Part shown: one piece after another, positions 1 to 9,859 of the stretch
Layout: each line of letters opens with the position of its first letter
Numbering within the stretch: the first letter of the stretch is position 1
Sequence record: DRR723986_712
Length of the DNA: 48,088 bases
Reading direction: 5' to 3' (one strand)
The notes under the pieces: model-generated
Seen by the model: the letters and a program-made list of their open reading frames with translations, nothing else
Database searches by the model: none
What the model was told of the DNA's origin: nothing
Made by a program: the position numbers and the translations under genes

Positions 1-1608
1 GATGGCCGCCTGGATCGGGATCTTGAACATCTGGCGCGGGATCAGGTCCTTCAGGCGTTCGCACATCTGGCGGCCCCGGCTTTCGGCCCGGTCGCGGTGC
101 ACGAGCATGGCGAGGGCATCGACCGGCTCGTCATTGACGAGGATCTGCAGCTTCACAAGGTTTTCCGCGCGGTGGCCGATGATCTCATAGTCGAAGCTGG
201 CATAGCCGCGGCTGATGGATTTCAGGCGATCATAGAAGTCGAACACGACCTCGTTCAGCGGCAGTTCGTATTTCACAAGCGCCCGTCCGCCGACATAGGA
301 GAGTTCGGTCTGGATACCGCGCCGGTCCTGGCAGAGTTTCAGGATCGCGCCCAGATATTCGTCCGGCGTGTAGATCGTGGCGTTGATCCACGGTTCGCGG
401 ATTTCCTTGATCTTGGTCACTTCCGGCATGTCGGCCGGATTGTGCAGCTCGATCTCGGTGCCGTCGGTCATCGTCATTTCGTAGACCACGGACGGGGCCG
501 TCGCGATCAGGTCGAGGTCGAATTCGCGGCTGAGGCGTTCCTGAATAATTTCGAGATGCAGGAGGCCAAGGAAACCGCAGCGGAAGCCCATGCCGAGCGC
601 CGCACTGGTTTCCATCTCCCAGGTGAAGCTCGCATCGTTGAGACGCAGCTTGCCCATCGCGGCGCGCAGATCGTCGAAGTCGCCTGCATCCATCGGGAAG
701 AGGCCGCAGAAAACGACTGGCTGGACTTCCTTGTAGCCCGGCAGGGCCTTTTCGGCTGGGCGGCGCTCTTCGGTGATCGTATCACCGATGGCCGTGTCGC
801 CGACTTCCTTGATCGAAGCGACGAAATAGCCAACTTCGCCGGGCCCGAGTGCATCAACTTCGGTGAGCTTCGGATTGAACGTGCCGACCTTGTCGACCTC
901 ATAGGTGCCGCCGGTCCGCATCATGCGGATCTTCTGCTTCGCTTTCAGCACGCCGTCATGTACGCGCACGATCACGACCACGCCGAGATAGGGGTCGTAA
1001 TAGGCATCGACCAGCGCGGCCTTGAGCGGCGCGTCTGCATCGCCGGATTCCGGCGGCGGCAGGCGGGTGACGATCGCTTCCAGCACATCGGTAATGCCGA
1101 TGCCGGTCTTGGCGGAGGTTTCGATCGCATCGGAGGCGTCGAGGCCGATAATATCCTCGATCTGGTCCTTCACGCGCTGCACGTCGGCGGCCGGCAGGTC
1201 CACCTTGTTGAGCACGGGCACGATTTCGAGGTCCTGGTCGATGGCCTGGTAGACGTTCGCCAGCGTCTGGGCTTCCACGCCCTGGGAGGCATCGACCACG
1301 AGCAGTGCGCCTTCACAGGCGGCAAGGCACCGGGAGACCTCATAGGAGAAGTCGACATGTCCGGGCGTGTCCATCAGGTTGAGGACGTATGTCTCACCAT
1401 CTTTCGCCGTATAGTTCAGGCGCACGGTCTGGGCCTTGATGGTGATCCCGCGCTCTTTCTCGATGTCCATCGAGTCGAGCACTTGTTCCTTCATCTCCCG
1501 GTCTGTCAGGCCGCCGCAGGTCTGAATCAGGCGGTCCGCCAGCGTCGACTTGCCGTGGTCGATATGGGCGATGATGGAAAAATTCCGGATTTTGTCACGA
1601 GGTGTCAT
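1..1608 (-). CDS. lepA: Elongation factor 4 (LepA), 3' end outside the window
   Basis: Reverse complement from 1608 reads [29 protein letters not shown], later [10 protein letters not shown] (translational GTPase G1/G3). Absent from the ORF track because it runs off the edge. Confidence 0.97.
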   Translation of the reverse strand, partial: MTPRDKIRNFSIIAHIDHGKSTLADRLIQTCGGLTDREMKEQVLDSMDIEKERGITIKAQTVRLNYTAKDGETYVLNLMDTPGHVDFSYEVSRCLAACEGALLVVDASQGVEAQTLANVYQAIDQDLEIVPVLNKVDLPAADVQRVKDQIEDIIGLDASDAIETSAKTGIGITDVLEAIVTRLPPPESGDADAPLKAALVDAYYDPYLGVVVIVRVHDGVLKAKQKIRMMRTGGTYEVDKVGTFNPKLTEVDALGPGEVGYFVASIKEVGDTAIGDTITEERRPAEKALPGYKEVQPVVFCGLFPMDAGDFDDLRAAMGKLRLNDASFTWEMETSAALGMGFRCGFLGLLHLEIIQERLSREFDLDLIATAPSVVYEMTMTDGTEIELHNPADMPEVTKIKEIREPWINATIYTPDEYLGAILKLCQDRRGIQTELSYVGGRALVKYELPLNEVVFDFYDRLKSISRGYASFDYEIIGHRAENLVKLQILVNDEPVDALAMLVHRDRAESRGRQMCERLKDLIPRQMFKIPIQAAI

Positions 1609-1806
1609 TCGCGCGATATAGCGGTGCCAGAGCGGGGCGGGAAGAGGGCTTTGGCTGGATGTGTCGCGCAGCGGCCCGCCCCGGACGAAATGTTGCCCTC
1701 AATCGCAGCCAAGAGGGTGTTTGGGCACGACTAAGCCATGACTATACCGGACTAACTACGTGCCTCACCGGGTTTCCGCTGCACTTTTGCCGGTGTAAGG
1801 GGGATC

Positions 1807-2907
1807 ATGGCTGACACACAGCACTCCTCTCCGGCCAAGACCGGCATCACCGAAGACGGCTTCCTCACGGATTGCTGGTATCTCGCTGCGCCCTCGGCTG
1901 AGCTGAAGGCGGGCAAGCAGCAGCGCATCATGGTTCTGGGCGAGCCGGTCGTCGTGGGCCGCACCCCAGCGGGCGAGCCGTTCGCCCTGCGCGATATCTG
2001 TCCGCACCGCCTTGTGCCGCTGTCGGCCGGCCAGCAGCTGGAGACCGATGGCGAATGGGCGCTGCAATGCCCGTATCATGGCTGGCGCTTCGGCACTGAC
2101 GGCGGCTGCAAGCTGATGCCGAGCCTGACGCCAGATTCGCCCTACGATCCTTCCAAGGTGAAGGTGCGCCGCTATCCGGTTCATGAGGCGAATGGGGCGG
2201 TCTATCTCTACGTCGCGCATAATCCGCGCTTCGAGAGCGAGCCCGCCGTGCCGCCGCCGGATTTCGGGCCGCTGCCGGCGAAGCCGAAATTCATCATCCA
2301 TGACGTGTTCAATGCGCACATGGACGATGCGGTCGTCGGCCTGATGGACCCGGCGCATGTGCCTTTCGTGCACAATCAGTGGTGGTGGCGCCCGCCGTCG
2401 GCGGGCCTGAAGCTGAAAGAGAAGCCCTTCGTGCCGACGACACGCGGCTGGGCCATCGACCGGCACTCGCCTTCGTCCAATTCGAAACTCTATCGCTGGA
2501 TCTTCGGCGGCGACGTGCAGACCGAGATCCGTTTCCAGCTGCCGGGGTATCGCTGGGAGATCGTGTCCAACGACACCGCGCGCCTGCTGACGCTGACCTG
2601 CCTTACGCCGGAAGCCCCGAAGAAGACGCGCATCACCCAGTTCACATGGTGGACGGGCGCACCGCTGCTGAACCTCGCCATCCCGATTGCGAAGCCTGCG
2701 GGCAAAAAGTTCCTGGATCAGGACGGCACGATGGTGAACCTGCAGAACGAAGGCATGGCGCACCAGAAGGCGATGCTCTGGATCGACGACATCGACGTGC
2801 AGGCCAAATGGTACCAGCGCCTGAAACGCGAATGGACCGAGGCGCGTACCGAAGAGCGTGATTTTGCAAATCCGATCGAACCGCGCACGCTCCGCTGGAT
2901 GAGCTAA
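1807..2907 (+). CDS. Rieske non-heme iron oxygenase alpha subunit (VanA/KshA-like)
   Basis: Rieske ligands CPHR...CPYHGW; mononuclear iron motif DPAHVPFVH; later DQD. Confidence 0.9.
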   Translation: MADTQHSSPAKTGITEDGFLTDCWYLAAPSAELKAGKQQRIMVLGEPVVVGRTPAGEPFALRDICPHRLVPLSAGQQLETDGEWALQCPYHGWRFGTDGGCKLMPSLTPDSPYDPSKVKVRRYPVHEANGAVYLYVAHNPRFESEPAVPPPDFGPLPAKPKFIIHDVFNAHMDDAVVGLMDPAHVPFVHNQWWWRPPSAGLKLKEKPFVPTTRGWAIDRHSPSSNSKLYRWIFGGDVQTEIRFQLPGYRWEIVSNDTARLLTLTCLTPEAPKKTRITQFTWWTGAPLLNLAIPIAKPAGKKFLDQDGTMVNLQNEGMAHQKAMLWIDDIDVQAKWYQRLKREWTEARTEERDFANPIEPRTLRWMS

Positions 2908-2935
2908 GGCGGCTCGCTTCGGGCAGGGGGACAAT

Positions 2936-4210
2936 TTGAAAATTCTTGTCCTTGGCGGATACGGCCTGATCGGCCTGTCTATCACGAAAGCCTTGCTGGC
3001 CGCCGGGCATGAGGTGACAGGGCTTGGCCGCTCCGCCGCGAAGGGCCGCGCCGCTGCGCCACAGGCGGACTGGGTTTCGCGCGACCTCTCTCAGATGACG
3101 GACGAAGCCGGCTGGGCGGACGTGCTGGCGGGGATGGATGTCGTCGTCAACGCGGCGGGCGTGCTGCAGGATGGCATGAATGACCGGGTCATGGCGGTTC
3201 AGCGCGATGCCGTGCAGGCCATGGCGGCGGCCTGTAAGGCTGCGGGCGTCCGGCAGATTATCCAGATCTCGGCCCCCGGCGTGTCGACAAGTTCGGACAC
3301 GGTGTTTTACCGGTCAAAGGCGGAGGGCGACGCTGCCGTAAAGGGGAGCGGCGTGCACTGGGTTATTTTCCGCCCCGGCCTTGTCCTGTCGCCTCAGGCC
3401 TATGGCGGCACCAGCCTGTTGCGCCAGCTGGCCGCCGTGCCGCTGGTCCAGCCAGTCATGCTGGGGGATGCAGACATCCGCACCGTGCATGTGGACGATG
3501 TGGCCGACGCTGTCGTCCGGGCCGTTGAGAAAGGGCTGACGGAGCTGGATGCAGACCTTCTTTCTGCCGAGCCGACTCGTCTTGAAGACCTGATCCTTGC
3601 CATCCGGTCCTGGCTCGGCTTTACCCCGCCAAGAGCAGTGATCCGTACGCCATACTTTCTGGGCGCGCTCACCGCACGGCTGGGGGACATCGCTGGTTGG
3701 CTCGGCTGGCGCCCGGCGCTGCGGACGACCTCCCTGAAAGTCCTGGGGAGGGGAGTGACCGGAAACGCGGAGCAATGGCCGGTGAGAAACCTGCCAGACA
3801 CGCTGTCGGCCTTGCCTTCCACGGTGCAGGAGCGGACCTATGCACGCACCGCGCTGCTCTATCCTTTCCTGCTATTGATCCTGTCGATTTTCTGGATCGT
3901 CTCCGGCGTCATCGGCTGGGCCCAGCAGTCCGCGGCCATGGCCGTCTTCGGGCCGGATATGCCCGCAGCGTTCGCGAAAGCGTTCGTTCTGGGTGGCGGG
4001 GTTGCCGACATCGCCATCGGCGCAGCGCTGCTGATCCGGCCGCTGACGCGCCCGGCCGCGCTGGCCGCGGTGCTTGTCAGCCTGGCCTATCTTGCAGGCA
4101 GCGCCATTCTGGCGCCGCACCTCTGGGCCGACCCGTTGGGGCCGATGGTGAAAGTCTTTCCCGCCATTGCGCTGTCGCTGATGGTCTGGACCCTGACGGA
4201 GGCGCGCTGA
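2936..4210 (+). CDS. Atypical SDR/NAD(P)-binding oxidoreductase with C-terminal DoxX-like membrane domain
   Basis: TTG start after GGGG; GGYGLIG Rossmann motif, VVNAAG, YRSK; about four C-terminal TM helices ending HLWADPLGPMVK. Confidence 0.82.
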   Translation: MKILVLGGYGLIGLSITKALLAAGHEVTGLGRSAAKGRAAAPQADWVSRDLSQMTDEAGWADVLAGMDVVVNAAGVLQDGMNDRVMAVQRDAVQAMAAACKAAGVRQIIQISAPGVSTSSDTVFYRSKAEGDAAVKGSGVHWVIFRPGLVLSPQAYGGTSLLRQLAAVPLVQPVMLGDADIRTVHVDDVADAVVRAVEKGLTELDADLLSAEPTRLEDLILAIRSWLGFTPPRAVIRTPYFLGALTARLGDIAGWLGWRPALRTTSLKVLGRGVTGNAEQWPVRNLPDTLSALPSTVQERTYARTALLYPFLLLILSIFWIVSGVIGWAQQSAAMAVFGPDMPAAFAKAFVLGGGVADIAIGAALLIRPLTRPAALAAVLVSLAYLAGSAILAPHLWADPLGPMVKVFPAIALSLMVWTLTEAR

Positions 4211-4680
4211 TGGAGTGGATGCATTTCCTGCGCTGGGCGCACATTATCGGGGCGACAGTCCTGCTTGGCAGCGGCGCGGGCATCGCCTTTTTCATGGTGA
4301 TGGCGCACCGCACGCGTGATGCACGGCTGATTGCGCATACGGCCTCCATCGTCGTGATTGCGGACTGGCTGTTCACGGCGACCGCCGTGGTGACGCAGCC
4401 AATCACAGGCACGCTGCTTGCCATGGAAATGGGCTGGCCGCTGACGCAGGGCTGGATCGTGGCCGCACTGGCGCTCTACGTCTTGACCGGCGCCTTCTGG
4501 CTGCCGGTCGTTTGGATCCAGCATAAGCTGCGCGATCTAGCGCGGGAAGCTGCCGGGACAGGCGCGCCCCTGCCGGATCGCTATTTCCGACTCTACCGCG
4601 TCTGGTTCTTCTGCGGGTTCCCGGCCTTCTTCGCCGTGCTGGCGATCCTCTGGCTGATGGTTGCCCGTCCGGTTTTCTGA
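4210..4680 (+). CDS. DUF2269-family integral membrane protein
   Basis: ATG overlaps the upstream TGA (TGATG); HIIGATVLLGSGAGIAFFM, QPITG, FWLPVVWIQ, GFPAF..LMVARP. The track ORF 3697..4680 is over-extended. Confidence 0.82.
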   Translation: MEWMHFLRWAHIIGATVLLGSGAGIAFFMVMAHRTRDARLIAHTASIVVIADWLFTATAVVTQPITGTLLAMEMGWPLTQGWIVAALALYVLTGAFWLPVVWIQHKLRDLAREAAGTGAPLPDRYFRLYRVWFFCGFPAFFAVLAILWLMVARPVF

Positions 4681-4697
4681 TTATCGTTCATAATTTT

Positions 4698-4715
4698 CCG
4701 TCCCGTGCCGGACGG
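4698..4715 (+). terminator. Possible hairpin after the Rieske-SDR-DUF2269 unit
   Basis: CCGTCC-cgtgcc-GGACGG; no clear U-tract. Confidence 0.3.
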
Positions 4716-4864
4716 CCGAAAGGGGATGATGGCATCCTGACTCAATTGAATCTGGGCGCATCACCCCCACCCAGCCTGCGTATTGGTCAAAAAGTACAAG
4801 AATTGACCTTCAGCATGACAATTCTTGCCTTTCCTGAGATGAGTGCGGTATTCAGGGGGCGCCA

Positions 4865-5665
4865 ATGAATGTCGAAAACCTGCCAGATTTGAACCCGCCA
4901 CAGGACCTTGGGGACATTCATGACCCTTCACGTCCGATTCTGTCCCTGGCCGTTGAGAAGGACGGGGCGCACCGGGTCGCTGCCCATGCGCATGATCGCG
5001 GGCACATTGTTTGCCCTACGAGCGGCGCGTACTGGATCATCACGCCGGAAGGCACCTGGCTGGTTCCGGCGGGGTTTGCCTTGTGGATTCCGCCGGGGAT
5101 ACATCATGAAATTTACTCCCACGGCTCTGTGGCGGCCCGCATCCTGTTTATCGACCCGGCCTGTGCCGGGCAGCTGACGTCCACCGGAGGGGTCGTGAAA
5201 GTCACGCCCTTCCTCGAAGCGCTGCTGGAACGCGCCATGAGGTATGGCAATGAATATGAGGCGGACAGTCCCGCCGCACGGCTGGCCCAGGTGACGCTTG
5301 ACGAATTCGCGGATCAGGAATTTGCGTCGCTGTTTCTTCCTGTGGCGAAGGAGCCACGGCTTGCGCGGGTCATGCGGATCCTGATCGATGCACCCGGTCG
5401 ATATGCCGGTATCGCAGAACTCGCGCGAGAAGCCGGGGCGAGCGAGCGGACACTGGCGCGTCTCTTCCGCAAAGAGACCGGCATGACGCTCACGCAGTGG
5501 AAAACCAATCTCACTCTGCTGCATTCGATGGAACGGCTGGAGAAGGGGGAGGCGGTTGCGGATGTGGCGCACGATCTCGGCTATGCCAGCCCGTCGAGCT
5601 TCGGATACATGTTCCGGCGGCGCCTGGGCGTCCCGCCCGGAACCTTCCGGAAGGGTTCGCAATAG
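4865..5665 (+). CDS. AraC-family regulator (cupin + HTH, RipA/NimR-YeaM type)
   Basis: AHAHDRGH cupin motif, WIPPGIHH; C-terminal ASERTLARLF..TGM, LGYASPSSF..MFRR.LGVPPG. Confidence 0.92.
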   Translation: MNVENLPDLNPPQDLGDIHDPSRPILSLAVEKDGAHRVAAHAHDRGHIVCPTSGAYWIITPEGTWLVPAGFALWIPPGIHHEIYSHGSVAARILFIDPACAGQLTSTGGVVKVTPFLEALLERAMRYGNEYEADSPAARLAQVTLDEFADQEFASLFLPVAKEPRLARVMRILIDAPGRYAGIAELAREAGASERTLARLFRKETGMTLTQWKTNLTLLHSMERLEKGEAVADVAHDLGYASPSSFGYMFRRRLGVPPGTFRKGSQ

Positions 5666-5668
5666 CGC

Positions 5669-6526
5669 CTATTTGCCGGTTGCGAGAAACACCTCAGACG
5701 CCGCGACCGTCAGGGCGGAGACGTCTGCATCCAGAGGGTCAGGCCGGGCAGCGGTCGGATAGGCTTCGCCCAGCAGGGTCAGCGCTCCGCGGATGGCTTC
5801 GGCCGCATCCGGGTTCTCGGCTTCGATGGCGACCTCAGCCTCTTCGAACTGGTCTTTCGCCGCCGTGTAGAAGCCGTAGCCATCGAGATAGGGTTCGTAG
5901 AATTCCGACTCCATGGCCAGGCGGTACATCTTGGTGGCGCGGTCGATCATGTCGGCGACGACACCGGTGGTGATGCTGGCCGGGCTGGAGCCGTCGTCCG
6001 GGGCATTGCCGGCGACCGTGCGCAGCGTGGCGATAATGGTCGCTGTGTGGGTATTGATGTCGTCGACGCTGGCGCCGGCGAACACGGCCGCGGAGGCCTC
6101 CAGGAACTGGTTGGTGAAATCGGATACGCCGCGCGCCTCGAACACCGGCTCCATGTCGAACAGGACTTCGGACACCGGATGGGCAAACATTTCGCCGGCG
6201 GCCTGCGCTTCGCCGACACGATAGGCATCTCGGGCGGCCAGGACATGCGCCTCAGCGACCGTGAGCGCGATATTGTAGACCACCGGATCCGTCAGGGCCG
6301 CCTCGATGGCGACCCCGCCTTCGCCCTCGCCGGAGGAGGATGCCGCTCCGTTGACTTCATCCAGCTTCACTTCGACATCGGCTTGGCTGGGGGCGCCGGC
6401 TGCAGGCTGTTCGCTGGTCGCAGGCTCGTCCTTGGCGGCGGGCTCACCGCAGCTGGCCAGGGCCGTTGTGGTCATGAGGGCGGCGCCAAGGCCGAGATGC
6501 GTCCAGCGTTTGATCTTGATGTCCAT
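5669..6526 (-). CDS. Acidic putative lipoprotein of unknown function, candidate iron-related
   Basis: AAGGAG RBS before ATG 6526; signal peptide with lipobox TALASC; GEGEGG, AHV, HPVSE and YLDGYGF motifs. Confidence 0.75.
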   Translation of the reverse strand: MDIKIKRWTHLGLGAALMTTTALASCGEPAAKDEPATSEQPAAGAPSQADVEVKLDEVNGAASSSGEGEGGVAIEAALTDPVVYNIALTVAEAHVLAARDAYRVGEAQAAGEMFAHPVSEVLFDMEPVFEARGVSDFTNQFLEASAAVFAGASVDDINTHTATIIATLRTVAGNAPDDGSSPASITTGVVADMIDRATKMYRLAMESEFYEPYLDGYGFYTAAKDQFEEAEVAIEAENPDAAEAIRGALTLLGEAYPTAARPDPLDADVSALTVAASEVFLATGK

Positions 6527-6582
6527 GGCCGTGCAGGGCTCCTTCGGTATCCGGGAAAATGCGTCTGCGCCCCTCCTGCCCG

Positions 6583-6601
6583 AAATGAGAAGCATTCGCA
6601 A
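6583..6601 (-). promoter_or_regulatory. Putative Fur-type iron box
   Basis: Minus strand TTGCGAATGCTTCTCATTT, an imperfect palindrome resembling alphaproteobacterial Fur sites, about 57 nt upstream of the lipoprotein start. Confidence 0.55.
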
Positions 6602-6646
6602 CTTTTATTCTGATCGAACCACAGTCTTCAACGGGGGTCTGGATGC

Positions 6647-6661
6647 GAACAAATCGGGAAA
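6647..6661 (+). promoter_or_regulatory. Putative LexA SOS box (alpha-type GAAC-N7-GAAC)
   Basis: GAAC-AAATCGG-GAAA, one mismatch, 43 nt upstream of ruvC. Confidence 0.65.
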
Positions 6662-6703
6662 ATGCAAGGTGTCATTAACCGGCTGGCCTGATAGGTTGAG
6701 GCG

Positions 6704-7207
6704 ATGACTCACACGATTCGAATTCTCGGTATCGACCCGGGCCTGCGCCACACCGGCTGGGGCGTGATAGAGCTTGCCGGCATGCGGCTGACGCATATTG
6801 CCCATGGCGTGATCTCGGTGGATCCGAAGCTGGAGATGGCGGAACGCCTGGGCGGCATCTTCGAGGCCGTGGGCGAACTCGCCCGCTATCACCAGCCAAC
6901 CGCTGCGGGGGTGGAGGAGACGCTGGTCAACGCCAACCCGCGCTCGGCGCTGAAACTTGGCCAGGCGCGCGGCGCGGCGATGGCGGCGCTTGCCATGGGC
7001 GGCGTGCCGGTGGCGGAATTTGCGCCACGCAAGATCAAGCTCGCCGTCGTCGGTACCGGCACGGCGGACAAGGGACAGGTGATGTTCATGGTGAAGCGCC
7101 TCCTGCCCAAGGCGGCGGATCTAAAATCCGACTCTGCGGATGCGCTGGCCTGCGCCATCTGCGCCGCGCACCATCTGCCCGCTGACATGAAGCGGGGCGC
7201 GGCATGA
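6704..7207 (+). CDS. ruvC: Holliday junction resolvase RuvC
   Basis: ILGIDPGL..TGWGVI, LKLGQARG, IKLAVVGTG.ADK.QV, DSADALA. Confidence 0.97.
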   Translation: MTHTIRILGIDPGLRHTGWGVIELAGMRLTHIAHGVISVDPKLEMAERLGGIFEAVGELARYHQPTAAGVEETLVNANPRSALKLGQARGAAMAALAMGGVPVAEFAPRKIKLAVVGTGTADKGQVMFMVKRLLPKAADLKSDSADALACAICAAHHLPADMKRGAA

Positions 7208-7824
7208 TCATCGGACGGCTGGTAGGCGAGGTCGCGGGCCTCGGCACGGATCACCTGCTCGTCGATGTGAACGGCGTCGGCTATGTTTGCATGGCGGGCA
7301 CGCGGCTGCTGTCGCGGACGCATGCGGGCGAGAAGATCACCGTCCATGTCGAAACGCGGGTGACGGAGAATTCCATCACGCTGTTTGGCTTCGGCACGGA
7401 CGAGGAGCGTGCCTGGTTCGTCCGCCTGCAGGATGTTCACGGTGTGGCGGGCAAGGCCGCGATGGCGATCCTCGATGCGATCACACCGGCGGAGTTGATG
7501 GACGCGATCGCCCTCGGCGATGCCAAAGTGCTGGAGCGCGCCAAGGGTGTCGGCAAGAAACTGGCCGAGCGGATCGTACATGACCTGTCCGGCAAGCCGC
7601 CGCCGCTCGGCCGGTTCGGCAAGTTCGAAGCCGCCAGCGCCGCGGGCATGGCGAGTGCGCCTGTGGCCGCGGCAACCGGCGCTCGGGGCGAGGCGATCTC
7701 GGCGTTGGTCAATCTCGGCTATTCCCAGTCCGATGCGGCGCGTGCCGTGGCAGGCGTTGCCAAGGATGCCGGTGACGAGGTTGGCGTGCTGGTCAAGGCG
7801 GCGCTCAAGGAACTTGCGAAATGA
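7204..7824 (+). CDS. ruvA: Holliday junction branch migration protein RuvA
   Basis: [45 protein letters not shown] overlap with ruvC. Confidence 0.97.
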   Translation: MIIGRLVGEVAGLGTDHLLVDVNGVGYVCMAGTRLLSRTHAGEKITVHVETRVTENSITLFGFGTDEERAWFVRLQDVHGVAGKAAMAILDAITPAELMDAIALGDAKVLERAKGVGKKLAERIVHDLSGKPPPLGRFGKFEAASAAGMASAPVAAATGARGEAISALVNLGYSQSDAARAVAGVAKDAGDEVGVLVKAALKELAK

Positions 7825-8849
7825 GCCGCGAGGGGTCTCTTTCCGATCCGAATGCACAGGGCGGTGACGCGCTGGACCGGGCGCTCCGTCCCCAGACGTT
7901 TGAGGATTATGTCGGCCAGCGCAAGGCGAAGGCGAATCTCAAGGTCTATGTCGAGGCGGCGCGCGGGCGCTCCGAGGCACTGGACCATGTGCTGCTGTTT
8001 GGCCCACCCGGCCTCGGCAAGACGACACTGGCGCAAATCCTCGCCCGGGAAATGGGTGTCGGCTTCCGCGCGACCTCCGGGCCCGTGATTGCCAAATCGG
8101 GTGACCTGGCTGCGATCCTCACCAATCTTGAGCCGAACGATGTGCTCTTCATCGACGAGATTCACCGCCTGCCGCCGGTCGTGGAGGAAATCCTCTATCC
8201 GGCGATGGAGGATTATGCCCTCGACATCGTGATCGGGGAGGGGCCGTCGGCCCGTTCCGTGCGGCTGGACCTTGCGCCCTTCACGCTGGTCGGTGCCACC
8301 ACGCGCGCGGGCCTGTTGGCGACGCCGTTGCGGGACCGGTTCGGCATCCCGGTGCGCCTCGAATTCTACGAGCCGGAAGAACTTGGCCGCATCGTCATGG
8401 CCGCCGCGCGCAAGCTGAATGCGCAGATTACGGAGGAAGGCGCCGTCGAGATCGCCAGCCGCGCGCGGGGCACGCCGCGGATTGCGCTGCGGTTGCTCCG
8501 CCGGGTGCGCGACTTTGCAGAGGCTGCAGGCGACCCCATCAACCGCGAGAGCGCGGCGAGCGCGCTGAAGCGGCTGGAGATCGACAGCGACGGCCTCGAC
8601 GCGCTCGACCGGCGCTATTTGCATGCCCTGGTCAACACCTATGCCGGCGGGCCGGTCGGCGTGGAGACACTGGCGGCGGCCCTGTCGGAAGCGCGCGATG
8701 CAGTGGAAGACGTGATCGAGCCTTACCTGATGCAGCGCGGCTATGTTGCCCGCACGCCGCGCGGGCGCGTCGCGGCGCCGCTCGCCTATGAACGGCTCGG
8801 CCTTCCGGTGCCGGGCGGCCAGCAATCCGGCCTGTTCGGCGAGAAATAG
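7821..8849 (+). CDS. ruvB: Holliday junction helicase RuvB
   Basis: [12 protein letters not shown], Walker [32 protein letters not shown]. Confidence 0.98.
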   Translation: MSREGSLSDPNAQGGDALDRALRPQTFEDYVGQRKAKANLKVYVEAARGRSEALDHVLLFGPPGLGKTTLAQILAREMGVGFRATSGPVIAKSGDLAAILTNLEPNDVLFIDEIHRLPPVVEEILYPAMEDYALDIVIGEGPSARSVRLDLAPFTLVGATTRAGLLATPLRDRFGIPVRLEFYEPEELGRIVMAAARKLNAQITEEGAVEIASRARGTPRIALRLLRRVRDFAEAAGDPINRESAASALKRLEIDSDGLDALDRRYLHALVNTYAGGPVGVETLAAALSEARDAVEDVIEPYLMQRGYVARTPRGRVAAPLAYERLGLPVPGGQQSGLFGEK

Positions 8850-8940
8850 TTCATTCGGCGGCCAGACACAATTTGAACACTATTGGCGCGCGAAGGTGAA
8901 GATTGCGGCTTTTTTGCCGCGTGATCCGAAAGGAACCTCC

Positions 8941-9630
8941 ATGCTTCGCCAGACCTTCACCGCCCGGACGCCGCTCCGGTCGGGAGCCTTTGCATTGCTG
9001 TGCGCAGTCCTGGTGGCTTTTCTTCCTGCCGGTGCCGCAAGAGCGGAAAACACCGTGCCCGACAACGCAACCGCCAATTCCTACAATACAGGCTGGAAAT
9101 GCGATGACGGGTTCCAGGAACAGGATGACGCCTGCATCGGTGTTCAGTTGCCTGACAATGCCTATCTGAACAACCGGTCGTTTGGGCGTGGCTGGGTCTG
9201 CATGTTCGGGTTCGAACGGATCGATGAAGCCTGCGTGCCTGTGGATGTGCCCGATCATGCCTATCTGGATCCTTCCGGCGTCCGGTGGAGCTGCGAGCGC
9301 GGCTATGAAGCCAAAGACGGCGAATGCCAGCCGGTCGATGTGCCGGAAAACGGCTATCTCAGCGGCCTCAGCTATAATGACGGCTGGGCGTGCGAGCGCG
9401 GTTTCAAGGCCGTGCGGAACACCTGCGCCGAGATCATCGTGCCGGAACATGGCTATCTGAGCTCCGAACGGTCCGGCCCTGGCTGGAAGTGCGAGCGCGG
9501 CTACATTGCGTCAGGCGATTCCTGCGTCTCGCTGAACGTGCCGGAGAATGCCCACATCGGCTACATGGAAGACCGCTGGGAATGCAACAAGCCTTATGTT
9601 CAGCGTGGGGACGTGTGCGTGCTGCCATGA
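8941..9630 (+). CDS. Secreted Cys-rich tandem-repeat protein
   Basis: AAGGA RBS; signal peptide ending ARA; six ~31-33 aa repeats of P-x-(N/H)-(A/G)...W-x-C-x-x-G-(F/Y)-x6-C. Confidence 0.8.
   Translation: MLRQTFTARTPLRSGAFALLCAVLVAFLPAGAARAENTVPDNATANSYNTGWKCDDGFQEQDDACIGVQLPDNAYLNNRSFGRGWVCMFGFERIDEACVPVDVPDHAYLDPSGVRWSCERGYEAKDGECQPVDVPENGYLSGLSYNDGWACERGFKAVRNTCAEIIVPEHGYLSSERSGPGWKCERGYIASGDSCVSLNVPENAHIGYMEDRWECNKPYVQRGDVCVLP
9055..9627 (+). repeat. Six intragenic two-Cys repeats
   Basis: WKCDDGF..AC, WVCMFGF..AC, WSCERGY..EC, WACERGF..TC, WKCERGY..SC, WECNKPY..VC; TGCGAGCGCGG recurs three times in the DNA. Confidence 0.85.
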
Positions 9631-9632
9631 AG

Positions 9633-9651
9633 ACCGGGTGATCCCGGTTTT
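9633..9651 (+). terminator. Intrinsic terminator
   Basis: ACCGGG-tgat-CCCGGT followed by TTT, right after the stop. Confidence 0.6.
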
Positions 9652-9859
9652 CGTGGCAGTGACGACACTGCGCGCAGCACTTTGAGCCGGATTGGCGTTT
9701 GCCATCGGGTGTGACGCAAGTTGAGGGAGAGGCGCTTTCTGCCGCGCCTCAGGGCAGCATCACCGCGCCGCCATGCGGGTTAAGACGCGGAAGCGGGATT
9801 TGTCTTCTTGCAGGTCCGCCAGCAGGGTGGCTCCAGCCAATTGCTGCGAGAGCTCGTGA

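Noticed and set aside
97..1734. 545-aa plus-strand ORF
   Set aside because: Antisense shadow of lepA, which is clearly encoded on the minus strand.
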